Source: Eledone cirrhosa
Taxonomy: Eukaryota
Length of the DNA stretch: 63,801 nt
Reading direction: 5' to 3'
NCBI GenBank assembly: GCA_964016885.1
Contig: OZ024740.1
Coordinates: forward strand, 228,656,001 to 228,719,801
Positions 39,131 through 51,687 of the stretch are shown piece after piece. Every line of letters begins with the position of its first letter. The stretch's first letter is position 1. The notes beneath the pieces were generated by a model that saw only the letters and a program-made list of their open reading frames with translations, was not told the DNA's origin and ran no database searches. A program made the translations under genes and the position numbers.

Positions 39131-42100
39131 TATTGGTGGTACTGATAGTGGTAGATATAGTGGTGGTATTGGTGGTAGTAATAGTGGTAGTACAGTGGTA
39201 GTATTGGTGGTAGTAATAGTGGTAGGTATAGTGGTGGTATTAGTGGTAGTAATAGTGGTAGTATAGTGGTGGTATTAGTGGTAGTAATAGTGGTAGGTAT
39301 AGTGGTGGTATTGGTGGTAGTAATAGTGGTAGTATAGTGGTGGTATTAGTGGTAGTAATAGTGGTAGGTATAGTGGTGGTATTAGTGGTAGGTATAGTGG
39401 TAGTATAGTGGTGGTATTAGTGGTAGGTATAGTGGTGGTATTGGTGGTAGTAATAGTGGTAGGTATAGTGGTGGTATTAGTGGTAGTAATAGTGGTAGGT
39501 ATAGTGGTGGTATTAGTGGTAGTATAGTGGTGGTATTAGTGGTGGTATTGGTGGTAGTAATAGTGGTAGGTATAGTGGTGGTAGTAGTGGTAGTAATAGT
39601 GGGGTATTAGTGGTAGTAATAGTGGTAGGTATAGTGGTGGTATTAGTGGTAGTAATAGTGGTAGGTATAGTGGTGGTATTGGTGGTGGTATTGGTGGTAG
39701 TAATAGTGGTAGGTATAGTGGTGGTAGTAGTGGTAGTAATAGTGGTAGGTATAGTGGTGGTATTAGTGGTAGGTATAGTGGTAGTATAGTGGTGGTATTG
39801 GTGGTAGTAATAGTGGTAGGTATAGTGGTGGTAGTAGTGGTAGGTATAGTGGTAGGTATAGTGGTGGTATTAGTGGTAGTAATAGTGGTAGGTATAGTGG
39901 TGGGTAATGGTGGTAGTAATAGTGGTAGGTATAGTGGTGGTATTAGTGGTAGATATAGTGGTGGTATTAGTGGTAGGTATAGTGGTAGTATAGTGGTGGT
40001 ATGGTGGTAGTAATAGTGGTAGGTATAGTGGTGGTATTGGTGGTAGTAATATGGTAGGTATAGTGGTGGTATTAGTGGTAGTAATAGTGGTAGGTATAGT
40101 GGTGGTATTAGTGGTAGTATTAGTGGTAGTATAGTGGTGGTATTAGTGTTAGGTATAGTGGTGGTATTAGTGGTAGTATTAGTGGTAGTATAGTGGTGGT
40201 AATAGTGGTAGGTATAGTGGTGGTATTAGTGGTAGGTATAGTGGTGGTATTAGTGGTAGTAATAGTGGTAGGTATAGTGGTGGTATTAGTGGTGGTATTA
40301 GTGGTAGTAATAGTAGTAGGTATAGTGGTGGTATTAGTGGTGGTAATAGTGGTAGGTATAGTGGTGGTATTAGTGGTAGGTATAGTGGTGGTATTAGTGG
40401 TAGTAATAGTGGTAGGTATAGTGGTGGTATTAGTGATAGGTATTAGTGGTAGTAATAGTGGTAGATATAGTGGTGGTATTAGTGGTAGTAATAGTGGTAG
40501 GTATAGTGGTGGTATTAGTGGTAGTAATAGTGGTAGGTATAGTGGTGGTATTAGTGGTAGTAATAGTGGTAGATATAGTGGTGGTATTAGTGGTAGTAAT
40601 AGTGGTAGGTATAGTGGTGGTATTAGTGGTAGTAATAGTGGTAGGTATAGTGGTGGTATTAGTGGTAGTAATAGTGGTAGGTATAGTGGTGGTATTAGTG
40701 GTAGTAATAGTGGTAGATATAGTGGTAGTATTGGTGGTAGTAATAGTGGTAGGTATAGTGGTGGTATTAGTGGTAGTAATAGTGGTAGGTATAGTGGTGG
40801 TATTAGTGGTAGTAATAGTGGTAGGTATAGTGGTGGTATTAGTGGTAGTAATAGTGGTAGGTATAGTGGTGGTATTAGTGGTAGTATTAGTGGTAGGTAT
40901 AGTGGTGGTATTAGTGGTAGTAATAGTGGTAGGTATAGTGGTGGTATTAGTGGTAGTAATAGTGGTAGGTATAGTGGTGGTATTAGTGGTAGTAATAGTG
41001 GTAGATATAGTGGTAGTATTGGTGGTAGTAATAGTGGTAGGTATAGTGGTGGTATTAGTGGTAGTAATAGTGGTAGGTATAGTGGTGGTATTAGTGGTAG
41101 TAATAGTGGTAGGTATAGTGGTGGTATTAGTGGTAGTAATAGTGGTAGGTATAGTGGTGGTATTAGTGGTGGTATTAGTGGTAGGTATAGTGGTGGTATT
41201 AGTGGTAGTAATAGTGGTAGGTATAGTGGTGGTATTAGTGGTAGTAATAGTGGTAGATATAGTGGTAGTATTGGTGGTAGTAATAGTGGTAGGTATAGTG
41301 GTGGTATTAGTGGTAGTAATAGTGGTAGGTATAGTGGTGGTATTAGTGGTAGTAATAGTGGTAGGTATAGTGGTGGTATTAGTGGTGGTATTAGTGGTAG
41401 GTATAGTGGTGGTATTAGTGGTAGTAATAGTGGTAGGTATAGTGGTGGTATTAGTGGTAGTAATAGTGGTAGATATAGTGGTGGTATTAGTGGTAGTATT
41501 AGTGGTAGGTATAGTGGTGGTATTAGTGGTAGTAATAGTGGTAGGTATAGTGGTGGTATTAGTGGTAGTAATAGTGGTAGTATAGTGGTGGTATTAGTGG
41601 TAGTAATAGTGGTAGTATAGTGGTGGTATTAGTGGTAGGTATAGTGGTAGTATAGTGGTAGGTATAGTGGTGGTATTAGTGGTGGTATTAGTGGTAGGTA
41701 TAGTGGTGGTATTAGTGGTAGTAATAGTGGTAGATATAGTGGTGGTATTAGTGGTAGTAATAGTGGTAGGTATAGTGGTGGTATTAGTGGTAGGTATAGT
41801 GGTAGTATAGTGGTGGTATTAGTGGTAGTAATAGTGGTAGGTATAGTGGTGGTATTAGTGGTAGTAATAGTGGTAGGTATAGTGGTGGTATTAGTGGTAG
41901 GTATAGTGGTGGTATTGGTGGTAGTAATAGTGGTAGGTATAGTGGTGGTATTAGTGGTAGTAATAGTGGTAGGTATAGTGGTGGTATTAGTGGTAGGTAT
42001 AGTGGTAGTATAGTGGTAGGTATAGTGGTGGTATTAGTGGTAGTATTAGTGGTAGGTATAATGGTGGTGTAGTGGTAGTAATAGTGGTAGGTATAGTGGT

Positions 42101-45100
42101 GGTATTAGTGGTAGTAATAGTGGTAGGTATAGTGGTGGTATTAGTGGTAGTAATAGTGGTAGGTATAGTGGTGGTATTAGTGGTAGTAATAGTGGTAGTT
42201 ATAGTGGTGGTATTAGTGGTAGTAATAGTGGTAGGTATAGTGGTGGTATTAGTGGTAGTAATAGTGGTAGGTATAGTGGTGGTATTAGTGGTAGTAATAG
42301 TGGTAGGTATAGTGGTGGTATTAGTGGTAGGTACAGTGGTGGTATTAGTGGTAGTAATAGTGGTAGGTATAGTGGTGGTATTAGTGGTAGGTACAGTGGT
42401 GGTATTAGTGGTAGGTATAGTGGTAGGTATAGTGGTGGTATTAGTGGTAGTAATAGTGGTAGGTATAGTGGTGGTATTAGTGGTAGGTAATAGTGGTAGG
42501 TATAGTGGTGGTATTAGTGGATAGTATTAGTGGTAGGTATAGTGGTGGTATTAGTGGTAGGTATAGTGGTAGGTATAGTGGTGGTATTGGTGGTAGTAAT
42601 AGTGGTAGTATAGTGGTAGGTATAGTGGTGGTATGGTGGTAGTAATATGGTAGGTATAGTGGTGGTAATAGTGGTAGGTATAGTGGTGGTATTAGTGGTA
42701 GGTATAGTGGTGGTATTGGTGGTAGTAATAGTGGTAGTAATAGCTGGTGGTATTAGTGGTAGTTATAGTGGTAGGTATAGTGGTGGTATTAGTGGTAGTA
42801 ATAGTGGTAGGTATAGTGGTGGTATTAGTGGTAGGTATAGTGGTGTATTAGTGGTAGGTATAGTGGTGGTATTAGTGGTAGTAATAGTGGTAGGTATAGT
42901 GGTGGTATTAGTGGTGGTATTAGTGGTAGGTATAATGGTGGTATTAGTGGTGGTATTAGTGGTAGGTATAGTGGTGGTATTAGTGGTAGTAATAGTGGTA
43001 GGTATAGTGGTGGTATTAGTGGTAGTATTAGTGGTAGGTATAATGGTGGTATTAGTGGTGGTATTAGTGGTAGGTATAATGGTGGTATTAGTGGTAGTAA
43101 TAGTGGTAGGTATAGTGGTGGTATTAGTGGTGGTAATAGTGGTAGGTATAGTGGTGGTATTAGTGGTAGTATTAGTGGTAGGTATAATGGTGGTATTAGT
43201 GGTGGTATTAGTGGTAGGTATAGTGGTGGTATTAGTGGTAGTAATAGTGGTAGGTATAGTGGTGGTATTAGTGGTAGTAATAGTGGTAGGTATAGTGGTA
43301 GTATTAGTGGTGGTAATAGTGGTAGGTATAGTGGTGGTATTAGTGGTAGTATTAGTGGTAGGTATAATGGTGGTATTAGTGGTGGTATTAGTGGTAGGTA
43401 TAGTGGTAGTATTAGTGGTGGTATTAGTGGTAGGTATAGTGGTGGGATTAGTGGTAGTAATAGTGGTAGGTATAGTGGTGGTATTAGTGGTGGTATTAGT
43501 GGTAGGTATAATGGTGGTATTGGTGGTGGTATTAGTGGTAGGTATAATGGTGGTATTAGTGGTAGTAATAAGTGGTAGGTATAGTGGTGGTATTAGTGGT
43601 AGTATTAGTGGTAGGTATAATGGTGGTATTAGTGGTGGTATTAGTGGTAGGTATAATGGTGGTATTAGTGGTAGTAATAGTGGTAGGTATAGTGGTGGTA
43701 TTAGTGGTAGTAATAGTGGTAGGTATAGTGGTGGTATTAGTGGTGGTAATAGTGGTAGGTATAGTGGTGGTATTAGTGGTAGTATTAGTGGTAGGTATAA
43801 TGGTGGTATTAGTGGTGGTATTAGTGGTAGGTGTAATGGTGGTATTAGTGGTAGTAATAGTGGTAGGTACAGTGGTGGTATTAGTGGTAGTAATAGTGGT
43901 AGGTATAGTGGTAGTATTAGTGGTGGTAATAGTGGTAGGTATAGTGGTGGTATTAGTGGTAGTATTAGTGGTAGGTATAATGGTGGTATTAGTGGTGGTA
44001 TTAGTGGTAGGTATAGTGGTAGTATTAGTGGTGGTATTAGTGGTAGGTATAGTGGTGGGATTAGTGGTAGTAATAGTGGTAGGTATAGTGGTGGTATTAG
44101 TGGTAGGTATAGTGGTAGGTACAGTGGTGGTATTAGTGGTAGGTATAGTGGTAGGTATAGTGGTGGTATAGTGGTGGTATTAGTGGTAGGTATAGTGGTG
44201 GTATTAGTGGTAGTAATAGTGGTAGGTATAGTGGTAGTATTAGTGGTGGTAATAGTGGTAGGTATAGTGGTGGTATTAGTGGTAGGTATAAGTGGTAGGT
44301 ATAGTGGTGGTATTGGTGGTAGTAATAGTGGTAGGTATAGTGGTGGTATTAGTGGTAGTAATAGTGGTAGGTATAGTGGTGGTATTAGTGGTAGGTATAG
44401 TGGTGGTATTAGTGGTAGTTATAGTGGTAGGTATAGTGGTGGTATTAGTGGTAGTAATAGTGGTAGGTATAGTGATGGTATTAATGGTAGGTATAGTGGT
44501 GGTATTAGTGGTAGGTATAGTGGTGGTATTAGTGGTAGGTATAGTGGTAGGTATAGTGGTAGGTATAGTGGTGGTATTAGTGGTAGGTATAGTGGTAGGT
44601 ATAGTGGTAGGTATTAGTGGTGGTAATAGTGGTAGTATAGTGGTGGTATTAGTGGTAGTATAGTGGTGGTATTAGTGGTAGGTATAGTGGTGGTATTAGT
44701 GGTAGTAATAGTGGTAGTAATAGTGGTGGTATTAGTGGTAGTAATAGTGGTGGTATTAGTGGTGGTAATAGTGGTAGTAATAGTGGTGGTATTAGTGGTA
44801 GGTATAGTGGTGGTGTTAGTGGTAGGTATAGTGGTAGTAATAGTGGTAGGTATAGTGGTGGTATTAGTGGTAGTAATAGTGGTAGTAATAGTGGTGGTAT
44901 TAGTGGTAGGTATAGTGGTGGTGTTAGTGGTAGGTATAGTGGTAGTAATAGTGGTAGGTATAGTGGTGGTATTAGTGGTAGGTATAGTGGTAGGTATAGT
45001 GGTGGTATTAGTGGTAGTAATAGTGGTAGGTATAGTGGTGGTATTAGTGGTAGGTATAGTGGTGGTATTAGTGGTAGTATTAGTGGTAGGTATAGTGGTG

Positions 45101-48100
45101 GTATTAGTGGTAGGTATAGTGGTAGTAATAGTGGTGGTATTAGTGGTAGGTATAGTGGTGGTGTTAGTGGTAGGTATAGTGGTAGTAATAGTGGTAGGTA
45201 TAGTGGTGGTATTAGTGGTAGGTATAGTGGTGGTATTAGTGGTAGTAATAGTGGTAGTAATAGTGGTGGTATTAGTGGTAGGTATAGTGGTGGTGTTAGT
45301 GGTAGGTATAGTGGTAGTAATAGTGGTAGGTATAGTGGTGGTATTAGTGGTAGGTATAGTGGTAGGTATAGTGGTGGTATTAGTGGTAGGTATAGTGGTG
45401 GTATTAGTGGTAGTATTAGTGGTAGGTATAGTGGTAGTATTAGTGGTAGGTATAGTGGTAGGTATAGTGGTGGTATTAGTGGTAGGTATAGTGGTAGGTA
45501 TAGTGGTGGTATTAGTGGTAGTGATAGTGGTAGGTATAGTGGTGGTATTAGTGGTAGGTATAGTGGTGGTATTAGTGGTAGGTATAGTGGTGGTGTAGTG
45601 GTAGTAATAGTGGTAGGTATAGTGGTGGTATTAGTGGTAGGTATAGTGGTAGGTATAGTGGTGGTGTAGTGGTAGTAATAGTGGTAGGTATAGTGGTGGT
45701 ATTAGTGGTAGGTATAGTGGTAGGTATAGTGGTGGTGTAGTGGTAGTATTAGTGGTAGGTATAGTGGTGGTATTAGTGGTAGCTATTAGTGGTAGGTATA
45801 ATGGTGGTATTAGTGGTAGTATTAGTGGTAGGTATAGTGGTGTGTAGTGGTAGTAATAGTGGTAGGTATAGTGGTGGTATTAGTGGTAGGTATAGTGGTA
45901 GGTATAGTGGTGGTATTAGTGGTAGTAATAGTGGTAGGTACAGTGGTGGTATTAGTGGTAGGTATAGTGGTGGTATTAGTGGTAGTAATAGTGGTAGGTA
46001 TAGTGGTGGTATTAGTGGTAGTATTAGTGGTAGGTATAGTGGTGGTATTAGTGGTAGTAATAGTGGTAGGTATAGTGGTGGTATTAGTGGTAGTAATAGT
46101 GGTAGGTATAGTGGTGGTATTAGTGGTAGTATTAGTGGTAGGTATAGTGGTAGGTATAGTGGTGGTGTAGTGGTAGTATTAGTGGTAGGTATAGTGGTGG
46201 TGTAGTGGTAGTAATAGTGGTAGTAATAGTGTTAGGTATAGTGGTGGTATTAGTGGTAGTAATAGTGGTAGGTATAGTGGCTGGTATTAGTGGTAGGTAT
46301 AGTGGTAGGTATAGTGGTGGTATTAGTGGTAGTATTAGTGGTAGGTATAATGGTGGTGTAGTGGTAGTAATAGTGGTAGGTATAGTGGTGGTATTAGTGG
46401 TAGTAATAGTGGTAGGTATAGTGGTGGTATTAGTGGTAGTAATAGTGGTAGGTATAGTGGTAGGTATAGTGGTGGTATTAGTGGTAGTATTAGTGGTAGG
46501 TATAGTGGTGGTATTAGTGGTAGGTATAGTGGTAGGTATAGTGGTGGTATTAGTGGTAGTATTAGTGGTAGGTATAGTGGTGGTATTAGTGGTAGTAATA
46601 GTGGTAGGTATAGTGGTGGTATTAGTGGTAGTAATAGTGGTAGGTATAGTGGTGGTATTAGTGGTAGGTACAGTGGTGGTATTAGTGGTAGTAATAGTGG
46701 TAGGTATAGTGGTGGTATTAGTGGTAGGTACAGTGGTGGTATTAGTGGTAGGTATAGTGGTAGGTATAGTGGTGGTGTAGTGGTAGTAATAGTGGTAGGT
46801 ATAGTGGTGGTATTAGTGGTGGTAATAGTGGTAGGTATAGTGGTGGTATTAGTGGTAGTATTAGTGGTAGGTATAGTGGTGGTATTAGTGGTAGGTATAG
46901 TGGTGGTATTGGTGGTGGTATTAGTGGTAGGTATAGTGGTAGGTATAGTGGTGGTATTAGTGGTAGGTACAGTGGTGGTATTAGTGGTAGTAATAGTGGT
47001 AGTAATAGTGGTAGGTATAGTGGTGGTATTGGTGGTAGTAATATGGTAGGTATAGTGGTGGTAATAGTGGTAGTAATAGTGGTAGGTATAGTGGTGGTAT
47101 TGGTGGTAGTAATAGTGGTAGTATAGTGGTGGTATTAGTGGTAGTTATAGTGGTAGGTATAGTGGTGGTATAGTGGTAGTAATAGTGGTAGGTATAGTGG
47201 TGGTATTAGTGGTAGGTATAGTGGTGGTATTAGTGGTAGGTATAGTGGTGGTATTAGTGGTAGTAATAGTGGTAGGTATAGTGGTGGTATTAGTGGTAGT
47301 ATTAGTGGTAGGTATAATGGTGGTATTAGTGGTGGTATTAGTGGTAGGTATAATGGTGGTATTAGTGGTAGTAATAGTGGTAGGTATAGTGGTGGTATTA
47401 GTGGTGGTAATAGTGGTAGGTATAGTGGTGGTATTAGTGGTAGTAATAGTGGTAGGTATAGTGGTGGTATTAGTGGTAGTAATAGTGGTAGGTATAGTGG
47501 TGGTATTAGTGGTAGTAATAGTGGTAGGTACAGTGGTGGTATTAGTGGTAGTAATAGTGGTAGGTATAGTGGTAGTATTAGTGGTGGTAATAGTGGTAGG
47601 TATAGTGGTGGTATTAGTGGCTAGTAATAGTGGTAGGTATAGTGGTGGTATTCAGTGGTAGTATTAGTGGTAGGTATAATGGTGGTATTAGTGGTGGTAT
47701 TAGTGGTAGGTATAATGGTGGTATTAGTGGTAGTAATAGTGGTAGGTATAGTGGTGGTATTAGTGGTGGTAATAGTGGTAGGTATAGTGGTGGGATTAGT
47801 GGTAGTAATAGTGGTAGGTATAGTGGTGGTATTAGTGGTAGGTATAGTGGTAGGTACAGTGGTGGTATTAGTGGTAGGTATAGTGGTAGGTATAGTGGTG
47901 GTATAGTGGTGGTATTAGTGGTAGGTATAGTGGTGGTATTAGTGGTAGTAATAGTGGTAGGTATAGTGGTAGTATTAGTGGTGGTAATAGTGGTAGGTAT
48001 AGTGGTGGTATTAGTGGTAGGTATAGTGGTGGTATTAGTGGTGGTAATAGTGGTAGGTATAGTGGTGGTATTAGTGGTAGGTATAGTGGTAGGTATAGTG

Positions 48101-50460
48101 GTGGTATTGGTGGTAGTAATAGTGGTAGGTATAGTGGTGGTATTAGTGGTAGTAATAGTGGTAGGTATAGTGGTGGTATTAGTGGTAGGTATAGTGGTGG
48201 TATTAGTGGTAGTTATAGTGGTAGGTATAGTGGTGGTATTAGTGGTAGGTATAGTGGTGGTATTAGTGGTAGTAATAGTGGTAGGTATAGTGATGGTATT
48301 AATGGTAGGTATAGTGGTGGTATTAGTGGTAGGTATAGTGGTGGTATTAGTGGTAGGTATAGTGGTAGGTATAGTGGTAGGTATAGTGGTGGTATTAGTG
48401 GTAGGTATAGTGGTAGGTATAGTGGTGGTATTAGTGGTAGGTAATAGTGGTAGTATAGTGGTGGTATTAGTGGTGGTAATAGTGGTAGGTATAGTGGTGG
48501 TATTAGTGGTAGGTATAGTGGTGGTATTAGTGGTAGGTATAGTGGTGGTATTAGTGGTAGTAATAGTGGTAGTAATAGTGGTGGTATTAGTGGTAGGTAT
48601 AGTGGTGGTATTAGTGGTGGTAATAGTGGTAGTATAGTGGTGGTATTAGTGGTAGGTATAGTGGTGGTATTAGTGGTAGTAATAGTGGTAGTCAATAGTG
48701 GTGGTATTAGTGGTAGGTATAGTGGTGGTGTTAGTGGTAGGTATAGTGGTAGTAATAGTGGTAGGTATAGTGGTGGTATTAGTGGTAGGTATAGTGGTGG
48801 TATTAGTGGTAGTAATAGTGGTAGTAATAGTGGTAGGTATTAGTGGTAGGTATAGTGGTAGTAATAGTGGTAGGTATAGTGGTGGTATTAGTGGTAGGTA
48901 TAGTGGTAGGTATAGTGGTGGTATTAGTGGTAGGTATAGTGGTGGTATTAGTGGTAGTATTAGTGGTAGGTATAGTGGTGGTATTAGTGGTAGGTATAGT
49001 GGTAGTAATAGTGGTGGTATTAGTGGTAGTATAGTGGTGGTGTTAGTGGTAGGTATAGTGGTAGTAATAGTGGTAGGTATAGTGGTGGTATTAGTGGTAG
49101 GTATAGTGGTGGTATTAGTGGTAGTAATAGTGGTAGTAATAGTGGTGGTATTAGTGGTAGGTATAGTGGTGGTGTTAGTGGTAGGTATAGTGGTAGTATT
49201 AGTGGTAGGTATAGTGGTGGTGTTAGTGGTAGGTTATAGTGGTAGGTATAGTGGTAGGTATAGTGGTGGTATTAGTGGTAGGTATAGTGGTGGTATTAGT
49301 GGTAGTATTAGTGGTAGGTATAGTGGTAGTATTAGTGGTAGGTATAGTGGTAGGTATAGTGGTGGTAATAGTGGTAGGTATAGTGGTGGTATTAGTGGTA
49401 GTATTAGTGGTAGGTATAGTGGTGGTATTAGTGGTAGTGATAGTGGTAGGTATAGTGGTGGTATTAGTGGTAGGTATAGTGGTGGTATTAGTGGTAGGTA
49501 TAGTGGTGGTGTAGTGGTAGTAATAGTGGTAGGTATAGTGGTGGTATTAGTGGTAGGTATAGTGGTAGGTATAGTGGTGGTGTAGTGGTAGTAATAGTGG
49601 TAGGTATAGTGGTGGTATTAGTGGTAGGTATAGTGGTAGGTATAGTGGTGGTGTAGTGGTAGTATTAGTGGTAGGTATAGTGGTGGTATTAGTGGTAGTA
49701 TTAGTGGTAGGTATAATGGTGGTATTAGTGGTAGTATTAGTGGTAGGTATAGTGGTGGTGTAGTGGTAGTAATAGTGGTAGGTATAGTGGTGGTATTAGT
49801 GGTAGGTATAGTGGTAGGTATAGTGGTGGTATTAGTGGTAGTAATAGTGGTAGGTACAGTGGTGGTATTAGTGGTAGGTATAGTGGTGGTATTAGTGGTA
49901 GTAATAGTGGTAGGTATAGTGGTGGTATTAGTGGTAGTATTAGTGGTAGGTATAGTGGTGGTATTAGTGGTAGTAATAGTGGTAGGTATAGTGGTGGTAT
50001 TAGTGGTAGTAATAGTGGTAGGTATAGTGGTGGTATTAGTGGTAGTATTAGTGGTAGGTATAGTGGTAGGTATAGTGGTGGTGTAGTGGTAGTATTAGTG
50101 GTAGGTATAGTGGTGGTATTAGTGGTAGGTATAGTGGTAGGTATAGTGGTGGTGTAGTGGTAGTAATAGTGGTAGGTATAGTGGTGGTATTAGTGGTAGG
50201 TATAGTGGTAGGTATAGTGGTGGTGTAGTGGTAGTAATAGTGGTAGGTATAGTGGTGGTATTAGTGGTAGTATTAGTGGTAGGTATAGTGGTGGTATTAG
50301 TGGTAGTATTAGTGGTAGGTATAGTGGTAGGTATAGTGGTGGTGTAGTGGTAGTATTAGTGGTAGGTATAGTGGTGGTATTAGTGGTAGTATTAGTGGTA
50401 GGTATAGTGGTGGTATTAGTGGTAGTATTAGTGGTAGGTATAGTGGTGGTATTAGTGGTA
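39131..50460 (+). repeat. 12-bp-unit satellite with a preferred 36-bp trimer TAGTGGTAGGTA-TAGTGGTGGTAT-TAGTGGTAGTAA (left arm of palindrome)
   Basis: Read directly. The strand is almost free of C, and the units are shuffled in variable order. Confidence 0.97.
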
Positions 50461-51687
50461 GGTATGAGTGGTAGGTAGAGTGGTGGTATTAGTGGTTGTA
50501 TAGTGGGAGGTATAGTGGTGGTATTAGTGGTAGTAATAGTGGTAGGTATAGTGGTGGTATTGGTGGTAGTAATAGTGGTAGGTATAGTGGGTGGTATTAG
50601 TGGGTAGGTATTGGGGTAGGTTTAGTGGTGGTATTATGGTAGGATAGAATGGGTAGGTATAGTGGTGGGTATTGTGGTTGGTAGTGGGTAGGTAGGGGTG
50701 GTTGGTGGTGGGGGTGGATTGTGGGGTGTATAGTGGGTAGGTAGTGTGGTGGTAGTGGGGGGAGTTGTGGTGGAGTAGGGGTGGTATGGGGGTGGTAGAG
50801 GGGGAGGTAGAGGGGGTGGGTGTGGGGGTGGTTGTGGGTGGTGGTGATGGAGGTGGTGGGGTGGGTGGTAGTGGTGGTGTGGGGTGGGAGTGGTGGTTGT
50901 GTGGGTGGTGGAGTTGTGGTGGGGGTGGGTGTGGGGTGGTATGGGGGAGGTTGGGGTGGGTTTGTGGGGGGTGGTGTGGTGGTAGTGGGTGGTAGGTGGG
51001 AGGGTTTGGGGTGTAGAGGGGTGGTGAGGGTGAGGGTTGGTGGTTGGTAGTGGTGGGGAGGGGGGGTGTGGGGGGGGGTGGTGGGGGTGGGTGTGGGGGT
51101 GGAGAGGGGGGGGTGGGGTGGGATAGGGGGGGGTGGTGGGGGTGGTAGTGGGGTGGTTGTGGGGGTGGGTGAGGGGGTGGGTGTGGGGGGGGTGGTGGGG
51201 GTGGTTGTGGGGTGGGTGGTGGGGGGGTGGAGGGGGTGGTTGTGGGGGTGGGTGTGGGGGGGGTGGTGGGGGTGGTTGTGGGGGTGGAGTGGGGGAGGTG
51301 GTGGGGGGGGTGGTGGGGGTGGGTGTGGGGGGGGTGGTGGGGGTGGTTGTGGGGGTGGGTGGTGGGGGGGGTGGTGGGGGTGGGTGTGGGGGTGGGTGTG
51401 GGGGGGGTGGTGGGGGTGGTGGTGGGGGTGGGTGTTGGGGGGGTGGTGGGGGTGGGTGTGGGGGGGGTGGTGGGGGTGGTTGTGGGGGTGGTGGTGGGGG
51501 GGGTGGTGGGGGTGGGTGTGGGGGGGGTGGTGGGGGTGGTTGTGGGGGTGGGTGTGGGGGGGGTGTGGGGGTGGTTGTGGGGGTGGGTGTGGGGGGGGTG
51601 GTGGGGGTGGTTGTGGGGGCTGGGTGTGGGGGGGGTGGTGGGGGTGGTTGTGGGGGTGGGTGTGGGGGGGGTGGTGGGGGTGGTTGT
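50461..51687 (+). other. G-rich tract that is the same 12/36-bp array under the substitution A>T, T>G, G>G (probable base-calling artefact)
   Basis: Applying the substitution to the trimer gives GTGGGGGTGGGT-GTGGGGGGGGTG-GTGGGGGTGGTT, which is the unit seen at ~51200-51687. Onset is gradual and noisy from ~50460. Confidence 0.85.

Noticed and set aside
40193-50086. GISGSNSGRYSG repeat protein resembling a structural or silk/shell protein
   Set aside because: Frames are broken repeatedly by 11- and 13-bp units, and there is no signal peptide, unique terminus or splice context. It is a satellite translation.
50700-51687. Telomere-like or G-quadruplex functional element
   Set aside because: There is no TTAGGG array, and the tract is fully explained as the ciphered form of the 36-mer.
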